64,000 nt of DNA, taken from IMG/VR virus record IMGVR_UViG_3300031963_012969; one strand, written 5' to 3'. A program made the position numbers and the translations under genes. The notes below the pieces were generated by a model, which had not been told where the DNA came from, ran no database searches, and was given only the letters and a program-made list of their open reading frames with translations. This document shows, one piece after another, positions 1 through 19,690 of the stretch. Positions within the stretch are counted from its first letter, which is position 1; each line of letters starts with the position of its first letter. This DNA is from a virus.

Positions 1-383
1 GGGCTATCTATTAAATTAAATGTCCCCTTATTATATGAAGCCCATATATCTCTTGACCCATCATCTCTTAACTGAAAAACATCCCAATAAAAAAGTCCAA
101 CAGGCATACATAATGTTTGCGTTCCATTTACAAAAAATTCTGCAATTCCACTAGTGCTTGGATCTGGGTAAACAATTTGCCTAATTAATTCTTCGCCAGC
201 TTTATAAACTCTTCCACTTATTGTAAACAAAAGTCTTTTTGTTCCGATTGGGTATTTAACCATAAAAGACAATGACTGTCCTTTTGTATAAACTACCGGA
301 TCATTTGCAGATAACGGGGCCTGAACAGTTGGAATTGACATATAGTCAGGCGCAAATATATTTCCTTCTACTATTTCTTTCAT
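1..383 (-). CDS. Hypothetical virion/tail-associated protein (partial, runs off left edge)
   Basis: Manually translated open frame from ATG at 383 (MKEIVEGNIFAPDY...GLFYWDVFQL...) with no stop before position 1; starts 1 nt after the stop of the 385..2127 gene. Confidence 0.6.
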   Translation of the reverse strand, partial: MKEIVEGNIFAPDYMSIPTVQAPLSANDPVVYTKGQSLSFMVKYPIGTKRLLFTISGRVYKAGEELIRQIVYPDPSTSGIAEFFVNGTQTLCMPVGLFYWDVFQLRDDGSRDIWASYNKGTFNLIDS

Positions 384-384
384 A

Positions 385-2127
385 TTAAGGTGTAATATCC
401 CAGCTTTTAATTAATCCTTTTTCTATAACTACTGTATGTGATTTTGATTCTCCGTCAATAAAAACAACTGTTTTATCGACCTGAGAACTTAAATCTACTC
501 CATCAATGTAATCAGCATTTAAATTATTTACTTTTGCAGTAGAATTTGTAGTAAGAGGAGAAACAGAAGAGTTATTAGACGTCAAAGTTAATGATTGCAA
601 ATTAAGGGATCTTGTTAATTCATATCCACCGGATATAGTCCCAACCAATACTTGTCCTTGAGACGGTGACTGCGCCAATCCGGTACCCCCCCTTATTGGA
701 GAGATAGGTGTACCAGCCCAATTACCCTGAGATATATTACCAACAATTGTTATAGACGTAGAACCAGGCCAACTATTAGAAGAAACCTGAGATAATGTAG
801 AACTAAATGCCTGTATGTTTGTCCCAGGAATCAATTGAAGGAGTGCCTGCATGCTTGTTGAAGAGGACGCAGTTACAAGGCTTGATCCAAGAGTAGAAAA
901 ACCAAGATCAGTCCTAGCATCAATAGATGATCTCCTATTGATAGTTGGATTAATGCCACCAGACATTACAAAAAAATATTTAGTTCCACTTTCTGTGTTG
1001 TTTGATGAATTGGATATAGACTGAAGTAATGGACTAAATGCCTGTGTATTTTGACCAATAGAAAGTCCAAGTATTTGAATTGTTTCGTCTCTTGTTTTTT
1101 GAGCAAAACCACCTCCAGTTGTTCCAACAATAAATGAATTTAATGGTGGAGTCATGTTTGATATTTGCTGTAATTTTTGGTCAAATGGCTGCACTTGATC
1201 TATGCCAAGATTTTCTCTAGCTATGGACTTTCCTGACTCTGTGCTAAGATCTACACCTAATCCTCCATATTGAGTTGAGAGTGGTACACTAAGAGCAATT
1301 TGACTAAAATTTTGTGTCTGAGGCCAAAAATTAACTACACCTAATTTAGCGTATCTGGCATCTGCTGTTGAAACATTTAAGACAAACGATTTTTTAGTTT
1401 GATAATTAGAGTCTATTCCAGATAAATCATTTATACTTAAATTAAAATTTGTTCCGATAAATTTTAAAGTTTGATCTATCCCAAGACTGTAAAATTCTGG
1501 AGATGATCCAGATAATTTAATTCTTAGTCCTGATTGAGACTGGCCTGGTTCTGGCGATACCGGTTTGATTTCCGATACCTCCACTATGTTTTTACTACTC
1601 AAGTTAATGTCTCCAGAAAAAAAACCTGATCCAAGCTTGAATTGGCCAGAGCTTTTTATAGACCATAAATAGTCTGTATAATTTGGGTTCGCTGCCCCAA
1701 CTTCATTTCCATTCTGTATATAAATTTTACCAGATGGTATTCCAGCAGATATAACTAATGGATTTGATTGACCTGGCGAGATTGATATACCATATCTGTT
1801 GTCCCCAAGTGAACCTATTCGTACGTTATTTACTAAAATTCCTCCATCAAAAAAATTAAGTGAATTTGATATTGGTTGTAGCGTACTATTAGAAGACTTA
1901 GACCAAATTGTTCCTATTGGGACGGAACCAAAATCTGGAAAAATAAATTGTGGTGGTACTAATGCATTAGAGTTTAACGGGGCATATCCATTAGCCTGTC
2001 CCTTAGCTATTTTTTGTTGATACTCGTTTAATTGAAGTAATGCATTAGAAAGGTCTAGTGGTTTTGACTGCGCGAAAATATGCACAGGAATCAAAATGCA
2101 TAAAAAAATAAGATAAAAAACATTCAT
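385..2127 (-). CDS. Tail-fibre-like protein with N-terminal signal-peptide-like segment
   Basis: 580 aa; fibre-type motifs (ARENLGI, LGLSIGQNTQAF / LIPGTNIQAF, WAGTPISPIRGGTG, VNNLNADYIDG); hydrophobic N-terminus MNVFYLIFLCILIPVHIFA-Q. Confidence 0.6.
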   Translation of the reverse strand: MNVFYLIFLCILIPVHIFAQSKPLDLSNALLQLNEYQQKIAKGQANGYAPLNSNALVPPQFIFPDFGSVPIGTIWSKSSNSTLQPISNSLNFFDGGILVNNVRIGSLGDNRYGISISPGQSNPLVISAGIPSGKIYIQNGNEVGAANPNYTDYLWSIKSSGQFKLGSGFFSGDINLSSKNIVEVSEIKPVSPEPGQSQSGLRIKLSGSSPEFYSLGIDQTLKFIGTNFNLSINDLSGIDSNYQTKKSFVLNVSTADARYAKLGVVNFWPQTQNFSQIALSVPLSTQYGGLGVDLSTESGKSIARENLGIDQVQPFDQKLQQISNMTPPLNSFIVGTTGGGFAQKTRDETIQILGLSIGQNTQAFSPLLQSISNSSNNTESGTKYFFVMSGGINPTINRRSSIDARTDLGFSTLGSSLVTASSSTSMQALLQLIPGTNIQAFSSTLSQVSSNSWPGSTSITIVGNISQGNWAGTPISPIRGGTGLAQSPSQGQVLVGTISGGYELTRSLNLQSLTLTSNNSSVSPLTTNSTAKVNNLNADYIDGVDLSSQVDKTVVFIDGESKSHTVVIEKGLIKSWDITP

Positions 2128-2131
2128 TAAA

Positions 2132-2437
2132 TTAGTCTATTCTTCTCATATTAACTCCACCTTTGCCAGAGCTATAAACATAAATAGGGCCACTAGAACC
2201 AAGGATTTCTTTTAATTTTTTTTTGCTTACTTCTGATAGTGTTGTCATTACAGCTAGAGCCTGATCAGATACATCAGCAAACAATGAATTTACTTCGCAG
2301 GAGCTACAACCTCTTTTTTGCTGCAGTTCTGAATTTTTTAACTTAAATTGTTCGTAAACAGGAATAAACTCAGGTATATCTTTTACCACAGAAATAGATG
2401 AAGCCAAAGATAGTGCTCTTTTTTTTGTTATAACCAT
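2132..2437 (-). CDS. Small CxxC-containing hypothetical protein
   Basis: 101 aa, GCSSC motif, tightly packed between neighbours. Confidence 0.65.
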   Translation of the reverse strand: MVITKKRALSLASSISVVKDIPEFIPVYEQFKLKNSELQQKRGCSSCEVNSLFADVSDQALAVMTTLSEVSKKKLKEILGSSGPIYVYSSGKGGVNMRRID

Positions 2438-2441
2438 ATTT

Positions 2442-3164
2442 TTATTTAAATGTTATTATATGTGTTCCAGAAGAAATTTTTTCTTTTGTTGTATATATTT
2501 TATACACAATTGACGCTCCATATTTATTTACTAATGTAATATCATTTTGATTAGATAGCGCAAGTACATTATCTATGAAAATATTTTTATTTGATGTATA
2601 TATTGGAACGGCCACGGTAAAATAATTTTCTCCACTAAAAGTGTCTACTTTATTGAATCCGTCTGAATAAAATTCAATTGTACTTAAATTTAATATATCC
2701 GACTCATCAGGAAGATCAATTGTTTCGCCGTAATATAATGAAGTTGCGTCAGGGGGATAAGAAGCAATGAGGTCTGGCTCTGTATTTATTGATAAATCGT
2801 TAGATTCTGCTAATGTAAAGACTTCTGAAGATATCTTTTTCCATGAGTCTTCTAAGTCTTTTTTGCTTTCGAACATAAGTTCTATTGAATCTATTCTAAA
2901 AAAATTAGACTCATTGGGGTCTGGGTCGTTAATAGGAATCCATTCCATCTCTCCCACAGAAGCTACAGAATAAAAAGTATCTACTTGTTGCTGTGAATAT
3001 GAAGATGAAATATCTCTTTGCATTACAAAAATATTTCTATCTATGTTGTGTGCTATATCTACATTTATTTTTAATAAAAATCCGGCAAGCCCAGGCAACA
3101 TTTTGGTATCTATTTTTACACTATTGCTTGTCTCTCTTTTTAAAATTAAAACAGTTTTCAACAT
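2442..3164 (-). CDS. Hypothetical protein (tail/fibre module)
   Basis: 240-aa ORF, co-oriented and tightly spaced. Confidence 0.65.
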   Translation of the reverse strand: MLKTVLILKRETSNSVKIDTKMLPGLAGFLLKINVDIAHNIDRNIFVMQRDISSSYSQQQVDTFYSVASVGEMEWIPINDPDPNESNFFRIDSIELMFESKKDLEDSWKKISSEVFTLAESNDLSINTEPDLIASYPPDATSLYYGETIDLPDESDILNLSTIEFYSDGFNKVDTFSGENYFTVAVPIYTSNKNIFIDNVLALSNQNDITLVNKYGASIVYKIYTTKEKISSGTHIITFK

Positions 3165-3222
3165 ACATATATTATTACTAAAATATTGAATTAGTGCAAT
3201 GATATTGGAGTTAAAATACTGC

Positions 3223-12502
<9,280 letters not shown>

Positions 12503-12506
<4 letters not shown>

Positions 12507-13213
12507 TTTGTTAATTCTATTTTAATTCCATTATCTATAGGATTTATTCTTAATACCTGTCTTTTATCTAAGGTATTAGATGGCTGGCCAATATCTTTTT
12601 GTTTTATCAACAAATTTATATCAGTCGGGGAGATGTTATTAATTTTTTTTAATATAATTTGACCATCTTCACAGCATTTTTCGGAAATAAGTGAAATATC
12701 CTTACCAACTGAATCAAACACAATTAAATTTTTGTTGCCATTTATTTTGATCCCAGGACCTTCATGAAAGTTTATAAAACCTTTCAATATATTATTATCT
12801 ATTCTTATTGACGAAACCTGGCTTTCAGAAAGCGAAATAATACATGTTGGGTTTAATAATATGTCTCCCTCATTAAATTCCATGGACAAAGATTTTCTGG
12901 CCCTAGAAAAATAAGAGCCAAGCATAATACTACCACATGCTCGGCCATCATTATTTAATATTTTTATTAATTTATTCGGAGTGCTGTCTTCTTTCGATGT
13001 AAATGTAAATATATTGGACTTATCTGTTTTTAGCTCTCCATGTATGTATTCATCTTTTATAGATAATTCCGAAAGCCATATTTTTCTAGACCCAAACAAA
13101 ACAATAGATGCATCCACAAAAATAGTGTTATCTATCTCCATATTTTCGTAAATAAATGGAAATGTAGACTCGGAGTTTTGGTTTCTCCATTCTTTATATG
13201 TTAATGCTTCCAT
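12503..13213 (-). CDS. Baseplate/fibre-attachment paralog 4
   Basis: EWRNQNSESTFPF; CC...KKINNISP. Confidence 0.65.
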
Positions 13214-13216
13214 GTT

Positions 13217-14140
13217 TTATATTAAATTCTCTTCACTTGGTAACCTTCCATCTGGGAACGGCATAATCTTTGTTTCCTCGCATATTTCTTCACTATTTTT
13301 ATCTAAAGAAAGAATTACAGAATCATCAGTATTCTCTATTTGTATTCCAGTGGAACTACTTCCAGTAAATAAAACAAATTTTCCTTGTTCATCGTCAAAT
13401 TTAAATTCACCTATTTCTATATCTATGCTTCCATCTTGTGGTCTTGGTTTGACGGTGTTTATTTTTTTTATAGGTACGTTTGGACAGTCACAAACAGTTG
13501 TAGGTGGCGGACATATATCTTTAATTAAAGATGGATCAGATAAATAAAACAAAATATTAGAACCTTCTGCTATGACTTTTTGAGAGACGTCATTTTGTAG
13601 TATTTGTTTTATTATTTCCGGCCTGTCGTCAACTAATGTATTTAATAATCCTATAGTAGATATACTTATCTCTCCTTGTGCCTTGTCCATGTTATATTGA
13701 ATTGAGTTTATCGCTGGATGGCCTACGCACACAAAACTATAATTTATTAATGGTATGTTAGTGTTTACAAAATTGTGTAAACCACTTAACCTCATGTGAT
13801 AAAATTTGTTCATGTCGCCAAAAGCAACGTTCCCTGAAACAAGTATGTTAGATATCGGAATTATTTCATTTGTAGTAAATTTATCTGTTAACCCGCACTG
13901 AGCCATAAAAATGTCTTTATCAGATACCGAATCGTAAAATGTAGCAGTAAAAATATTTCCAGAGAAATGAATAGACGATAGAAACAATTTTGCATTATTA
14001 GAGTGGACAACTGCCATACAATCAACAATTAATGAATCTGCAAAGGTAAATCCTTTGTCAGATAATTCATATCTACTATATTCAAATGGATAAGATCTGA
14101 TTGAATTTAAATTATACCAATCTTGATTACTTCCTCTCAT
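13217..14140 (-). CDS. Baseplate/fibre-attachment paralog 3
   Basis: DWYNLNSIRSYPF; C-x6-CDC...KKINTVKP. Confidence 0.65.
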   Translation of the reverse strand: MRGSNQDWYNLNSIRSYPFEYSRYELSDKGFTFADSLIVDCMAVVHSNNAKLFLSSIHFSGNIFTATFYDSVSDKDIFMAQCGLTDKFTTNEIIPISNILVSGNVAFGDMNKFYHMRLSGLHNFVNTNIPLINYSFVCVGHPAINSIQYNMDKAQGEISISTIGLLNTLVDDRPEIIKQILQNDVSQKVIAEGSNILFYLSDPSLIKDICPPPTTVCDCPNVPIKKINTVKPRPQDGSIDIEIGEFKFDDEQGKFVLFTGSSSTGIQIENTDDSVILSLDKNSEEICEETKIMPFPDGRLPSEENLI

Positions 14141-14145
14141 ATAAA

Positions 14146-15774
14146 TTACTGGTCTAGTTGAACAACTCTATATGTCTGTCTATTAATTATTTCGCCTTCG
14201 CAGCTCTTGGACTGTATAATTGGCCCATACTCGTGTCTTGCTATCCATATATCTTTTTTGCATCCATAAGTACCAATCCATTCTTGATCTTCACCGGTCA
14301 TGCCACCATATATTCCATTTGACTCACATCTAATTGTTAAATTGTTGTTCTTTAAATCAAATACAGTAAAATTAGCAATAAATGTTATGTCTGTATAGCT
14401 TCCTGGCATTATTGGCTTAATCTCCCCAAGCTCTGAATTGGAGCCAACCACATAACCACCAAAAAAACCATTTGGTAATTCGGGATTTTGATTGTAATAA
14501 TCTTTTGACGTAGTTATTAGTGGAGGCAATTCATCGAAAGATGTATACAACAAAGGTGGTTTATCTGATTCTAGGCTAGGCTCAAATTCAAGTATTGAAA
14601 AGTTTTGTGGCTCTATTCCAAAGCCACCAATAACACTTAACCTAAAATTAACGTAAATAGGTACTGAACATGTATTTTGAACGCTAACTCTAAATTGATC
14701 TTCAAATACTCTTAAATTTCTGACCCTGCATATTGGTCTTCTCTCCTGGTTTATCTTCTTTACTGCATCATTGTATAGTTCAGTGTTAGCTGTCACCATG
14801 TTAACAAGTAAGTCACAAACTTCTTTTAACTTCTTTGATCTTCTTTCTATAGCAGCTGTATACGCCCTATATTTTTCGCACCCACAACACGGAAGACAAT
14901 CGCTTAATAACTGAATAGAGTTTGATACTTTAATGTCTTGCTGTTTATCTGGTGAATCATCGGAATACCTTATTTCAGGTCTCTCTATTTTTGTTAAGCA
15001 GCCGTGTGTATTTAGTTTAAATTTCCCAGAATCATCTGGTCCTACATTATTAATAAATTTAATAAAAAGATCGTTTTCCTCTGTGGTAGATTCTGGTATT
15101 GGTATTGCTGAAATAGTTATTAAATTTTCATCTATGTCGTCTTTAGAAAATTTAATATAATTACCGGCTTTAATTTTTTGAACAACTTCTTTTCCCCATT
15201 CATTTTCTGACGGAGGTGATGGCGCTACATAAAAATTTGAATTTTTTTGGGTTATGTAATTCGGAACTCTCTCCAAGAAAATTCTCCTAAAAGTTTTGTT
15301 CCCAGGATTTACAATAGAAGGGTCTAACTCGGATGAATCTGAATCTAAATTAGACAAGCTCTGAATTGCTGTGTCCCACGCGTCTCCCACGGTGAACATG
15401 CACATAGAGTATTTTGTGGGATATCCGGTAAGACTAGATACAATTGGGTTACTATAACTTATTGTTATTTGTTCTCCAGCTCTATCTTTTGTGGTGGTTA
15501 TTCCATTCTCTGTTACGGTTTTTCTTCTCGCTAATGATTCTGAAAGCAGCGCAATCTCTGAGTTTGATTTATACTTAAACTCCAAAACATATGAATCGTT
15601 TTCAGTGCTATATATTATACTGGATATATAAACAGCGTTATCTTCGTAATAATCAGGGAAAAACCGTAAATCTACTATAAAATTTTTGGGTATTCCATTT
15701 TGAGAGATTGTTTTCTCGCTAAATGGAAATGCTCTTATGGAATTTTCTTGCTGCCATTCTTGAACGTTTTTCAC
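14146..15774 (-). CDS. Baseplate/fibre-attachment paralog 2 (542 aa)
   Basis: EWQQENSIRAFPF; KFINNVGPDDSG; CLPCCGC followed by a coiled-coil-like stretch. Confidence 0.65.
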   Translation of the reverse strand: MKNVQEWQQENSIRAFPFSEKTISQNGIPKNFIVDLRFFPDYYEDNAVYISSIIYSTENDSYVLEFKYKSNSEIALLSESLARRKTVTENGITTTKDRAGEQITISYSNPIVSSLTGYPTKYSMCMFTVGDAWDTAIQSLSNLDSDSSELDPSIVNPGNKTFRRIFLERVPNYITQKNSNFYVAPSPPSENEWGKEVVQKIKAGNYIKFSKDDIDENLITISAIPIPESTTEENDLFIKFINNVGPDDSGKFKLNTHGCLTKIERPEIRYSDDSPDKQQDIKVSNSIQLLSDCLPCCGCEKYRAYTAAIERRSKKLKEVCDLLVNMVTANTELYNDAVKKINQERRPICRVRNLRVFEDQFRVSVQNTCSVPIYVNFRLSVIGGFGIEPQNFSILEFEPSLESDKPPLLYTSFDELPPLITTSKDYYNQNPELPNGFFGGYVVGSNSELGEIKPIMPGSYTDITFIANFTVFDLKNNNLTIRCESNGIYGGMTGEDQEWIGTYGCKKDIWIARHEYGPIIQSKSCEGEIINRQTYRVVQLDQ

Positions 15775-16733
15775 AGATTAGCTATTAGGTTTGCAAGTAA
15801 CTCACTTTGTGTTCCCTGCGTCGTTAAAACAAGTTCTCTAAGTCTTTCCTCTTGTTGTTTTAATTGTTCTAGTCCAGTTGTTAAAGCTTCTAAATCTATA
15901 CAACCACAACAAGATTCAGAGCACAAATCATTAACTTTAATTGAATTGCTGTCTTGGTTTTCATCTATTCCTATGCACTCAGATTCCTCTATCCAAAAAT
16001 GACCAGTAGAATCTGGCCTAACTCCATTAATTGTTTTTATGCATGGACTATAAAAAGTTTTTCCTGTTTCACAGGCGTCCGGTTCCTGTATGATATTTTC
16101 ATTTACAACGGCGTCAATTTTTATGCATCCATATTGGTCGATTTCTCCTGTGTCTGGATTAACTAATGGGTCATAAGTCATCCTAATATTCTGACCAGCT
16201 TTTAATTTTAAAACATCCGTAGCTCTATGTATTAACACATCATTTGAGTCATATATATCTATGTACTGCATAGATGGAACAGAAACAAACCTACAATTAA
16301 TCTCAAATTTTGTTGACAAACTATCAAAGTCAAAACTTCCCAATCCCCTATTTATCGTCTCAGTAATATCACCTATTGCGATTCCCCCTAAAACAGAAGA
16401 ATTCTGTCCCTGTCCAATAAAGGAATAATTACTAAATTTAGAGAAAGTTTTGGTATCTATATCAATAGATCCTATATAAATATCGACAGCGTTATTTGAA
16501 TTTGACCGATAAGAGATGGATATTTTTATTAATGGCACCGATACGAATAATTTAGAAACGAAAAAAACTCCATCAGCATATGCCCTAGAGTGATTAACTT
16601 GCATCGATACAATTAAATCATTTGATATCGTATATGTTCCACTCTTATCTATTCTAGAGCAATTTTCAGCAATTGGATAGTTCCTTACAGAGTTGGAATT
16701 TAACCACTCTGGAAAAATTATACTTTGTGCCAC
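15771..16733 (-). CDS. Baseplate/fibre-attachment paralog 1
   Basis: EWLNSNSVRNYPI; KTINGVRPDSTG; CSESCCGC followed by a coiled-coil-like C-terminus. Confidence 0.65.
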   Translation of the reverse strand: MAQSIIFPEWLNSNSVRNYPIAENCSRIDKSGTYTISNDLIVSMQVNHSRAYADGVFFVSKLFVSVPLIKISISYRSNSNNAVDIYIGSIDIDTKTFSKFSNYSFIGQGQNSSVLGGIAIGDITETINRGLGSFDFDSLSTKFEINCRFVSVPSMQYIDIYDSNDVLIHRATDVLKLKAGQNIRMTYDPLVNPDTGEIDQYGCIKIDAVVNENIIQEPDACETGKTFYSPCIKTINGVRPDSTGHFWIEESECIGIDENQDSNSIKVNDLCSESCCGCIDLEALTTGLEQLKQQEERLRELVLTTQGTQSELLANLIANL

Positions 16734-19037
16734 TTAAATAACCTCCGTTCTCCAATTTATATCTAAAAAACTAATGTCTCCAGGATATGTATCCAAATCC
16801 TCTCCATACGTAGAAACTCTCTCTATCATTACGTATACAACATCTCCTGGTCTTATCTTTTGCTGGGATATGTTGTTTATTTTTCCATATAATACAAATA
16901 ATTCTGTATTTCCATTGTTTGGTATTACGGAAGTTTGCTTAGGGAATTGCTCTCTATCTACTGTATATGCTAGATAATTATTGAACTGAGCTTTCCAGTA
17001 TTTAATGTCAAATGAAACCTCATCACTGGAGTCGTCTATATAATTTAAGTTAAAATTATTCCAGCTGGATCTTGGGGCTATTCCCATCCCCGACGGGAAT
17101 ACGTAATAATTTGCCTTGAATAAAGCATTGTATATATTTGACTGGGATACAGATATTGACCCAAAAATATTAGAAGACAAAAATAATTTAACTCCACTAG
17201 TTTCTGGAGTTATCTGATTGGGTATTTTTATTTTTGCGACTATTTGGCATTTTGCTGTGGCTGGCTGCAAAAATGTAACGCATGGTATAACCCCATTGTG
17301 TAAAGATTCTTTTGCGTTTTTAAGCGACACTATAGATACTTCTCCAGAGGACTGAATAGTGGTACTAGATATTACTACCTTTCCAGTTTCTGAATTATTC
17401 CCCTGTAAATTTTTTATTTCTATACCTTGTCCAGCTATAACCCTGCTAACTAATGGAGACGTAACAAATTTTTGAGTACTCGGATCTATTCTAGCAAAGC
17501 ATTTGTCTGCCTCCGATCCGTCTGTCGTGTTTAGATCTAGCCTTAGGTCTAGAGCCAGGTTTCCAGTAGTAGATTCATTTTTTGTGAAACAATCAAGAAC
17601 TTGTATAGCTGGGGTGAAGCTCTGAAGCGAGAGCACAAGGGGTCTAGCCGTACTTATATTGGCTTTTGAAAAAAATAATTGTATGTGTTTACTTAATGAT
17701 TCATTTGGGTCTGGATCTGTGTCCAGTCTTCTAGCTATGTAGTCGTGAGGCCAGGGAGAATCTGTTTTTTGATCGTTATTATTAAACGTACCTGGTATCC
17801 ATAATAAATCCTGTGGAAAGCATTTAAAGTCTCTTGATTCAATTAAGTCTATTCCGTTATTACTTATAGTTACAGATTCTGTTGGAACAGGAGGCCATAC
17901 AGCGTTAACAATTTTGTTAAATTCTCTTAAATATCTGTATTTTGTCCCAACGGTGTATCTACCATCGAAAACGTTGACATTTGTCCATCCATGTAAATCA
18001 AATGGATGGTAAATACAAAACTTATCGGTTCCGTCAGCAGACATCATTGCTGTGAAATCTTGCTGCAAGCTTTTGTTTAAGTAAACTTCGTCGTGTCTAA
18101 CAAAAGAAATATCTATTCCTGTATTTGGGATTGTTACCCATTTACCGTAGTTGGGAATATCTATTTGCGACACGGATTCAATAGATCCACTTGATGGATC
18201 ATCAAAATCTAATAATGTCCCTCTTGCAAAACTAAAAGCAATCTTGTTGTCTATACTTCTTGTAATATCTATTCTAAATTGTTCACCTATTGACGGGCTA
18301 GATCCATTTCCCTTTATACACATTATGAAAGGTGGAACATCTCCAGCCAACCTGGATGATGAATAAAAATAATCTACATATTTAACTCCATTAATTCCTA
18401 CATAACCAGTCCTAGATATATTTTGGCTGGCAGACGGTTTTGCATCTAGTACGAATTTGTAGTGTATGTGTGACTCAAATATATCTTTCTGCAAAGGCTG
18501 TACAAATGCGTCCTTCTCGGTAAAGAATCCTAATTGAACCAAGGGAGCACCACCAACTGACGTCATCTTTCCTGGCTTTTTTCTGGATAAATAAAATCTT
18601 CCTGGATTGAATTGTTCAGCCGTGTCTTCAAGCATCTGTCGAACATTTGATATTTGAAAATCTTTTATATCATTTATCCAACCATTCATTAAGATAGACC
18701 CAAGTGTTTGGTTTTTATGTACACACAATCCAACCACAAAAGTTCTATCAGAGGCTTTGTATTGATTTGTTTCTGTATCGAATACTCCTTCTGCTATAGC
18801 TTTTTCATACTTCTGACTTTCGTTATTGAAGAAGACCCAGTCGCCAACTTCTACGTCACTTGAGACCCTTACATTTTGTATTACAAGCTTTCCGTTTTGA
18901 GCACTAAAATCATTTAATCTTTCAAAAAGAAAATCAGTTCTTTGCTGTAGTGCCTTAATTGGCCTAGATTCAGTTTCTTGATTTATAGGCTCTCCGTCGA
19001 TTGGAGGCTTAATTAGTGGAACCCATGTATTAGCCAT
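16734..19037 (-). CDS. Baseplate-distal / tail structural protein (767 aa)
   Basis: Follows baseplate wedge genes; N-terminal NQETESRPIKALQQRTDFL resembles fibre-anchoring starts. Confidence 0.55.
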   Translation of the reverse strand: MANTWVPLIKPPIDGEPINQETESRPIKALQQRTDFLFERLNDFSAQNGKLVIQNVRVSSDVEVGDWVFFNNESQKYEKAIAEGVFDTETNQYKASDRTFVVGLCVHKNQTLGSILMNGWINDIKDFQISNVRQMLEDTAEQFNPGRFYLSRKKPGKMTSVGGAPLVQLGFFTEKDAFVQPLQKDIFESHIHYKFVLDAKPSASQNISRTGYVGINGVKYVDYFYSSSRLAGDVPPFIMCIKGNGSSPSIGEQFRIDITRSIDNKIAFSFARGTLLDFDDPSSGSIESVSQIDIPNYGKWVTIPNTGIDISFVRHDEVYLNKSLQQDFTAMMSADGTDKFCIYHPFDLHGWTNVNVFDGRYTVGTKYRYLREFNKIVNAVWPPVPTESVTISNNGIDLIESRDFKCFPQDLLWIPGTFNNNDQKTDSPWPHDYIARRLDTDPDPNESLSKHIQLFFSKANISTARPLVLSLQSFTPAIQVLDCFTKNESTTGNLALDLRLDLNTTDGSEADKCFARIDPSTQKFVTSPLVSRVIAGQGIEIKNLQGNNSETGKVVISSTTIQSSGEVSIVSLKNAKESLHNGVIPCVTFLQPATAKCQIVAKIKIPNQITPETSGVKLFLSSNIFGSISVSQSNIYNALFKANYYVFPSGMGIAPRSSWNNFNLNYIDDSSDEVSFDIKYWKAQFNNYLAYTVDREQFPKQTSVIPNNGNTELFVLYGKINNISQQKIRPGDVVYVMIERVSTYGEDLDTYPGDISFLDINWRTEVI

Positions 19038-19054
19038 ATTTTTGTGTGTATTTT

Positions 19055-19690
19055 TTATTTAAAGGCAATAGACCAAAAACAGTCTATGTAACTGTTTTCC
19101 TGTACAGTTATTGGAGAGGATAATGACAGCCTACTAAAAACAATATCTTTGTATTTGTTTGATGGCTCTGGAGAGCTCGCTAATGCAACACCAATTATCT
19201 TTGATGGGCCATTGTCCCCAGAATATGCAAAATAATTTGATGGAGAAGAGTTAGATTCTCCTTGTTGTGTCGGGTGCGAAGCACTAGTAGCAACGAAAGT
19301 CGACATATTTCCATTGTATACATTATTGTGCTCTTCCCCTGGAGAAAAATCATAATAAGTGTCAATCTTAGCTGAAGTTAAAATTGGTATTCTAATCCAG
19401 TCTTCTGTTGTGTTACCAAGTGTTGAAAAAAAATTAATACCGTCAGCTCTACTACTTACGGTGCTTGTTGGCGGATTAATTGATGTGTTAATGTAGTGGT
19501 AATACATATAAGAAATAGAATATCTATTGTCTCCCGCTACTAATCTGGCCATTATGTCTGCGGCACCATACATTATGAGATTTTTTTTATGAAAAATTGG
19601 CGTAAATGAGTTTGTTTTTGAATTCCTGTAACCCATTGTCACCGTACCAATACATGATGGTTCGTAAATTTCTTTTATAGTATTGCGCAT
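19055..19690 (-). CDS. Putative baseplate protein
   Basis: 211 aa; KNLIMYGA start and VFSR...W-x-I-x-F end typical of myovirus baseplate/collar proteins; synteny. Confidence 0.5.
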   Translation of the reverse strand: MRNTIKEIYEPSCIGTVTMGYRNSKTNSFTPIFHKKNLIMYGAADIMARLVAGDNRYSISYMYYHYINTSINPPTSTVSSRADGINFFSTLGNTTEDWIRIPILTSAKIDTYYDFSPGEEHNNVYNGNMSTFVATSASHPTQQGESNSSPSNYFAYSGDNGPSKIIGVALASSPEPSNKYKDIVFSRLSLSSPITVQENSYIDCFWSIAFK

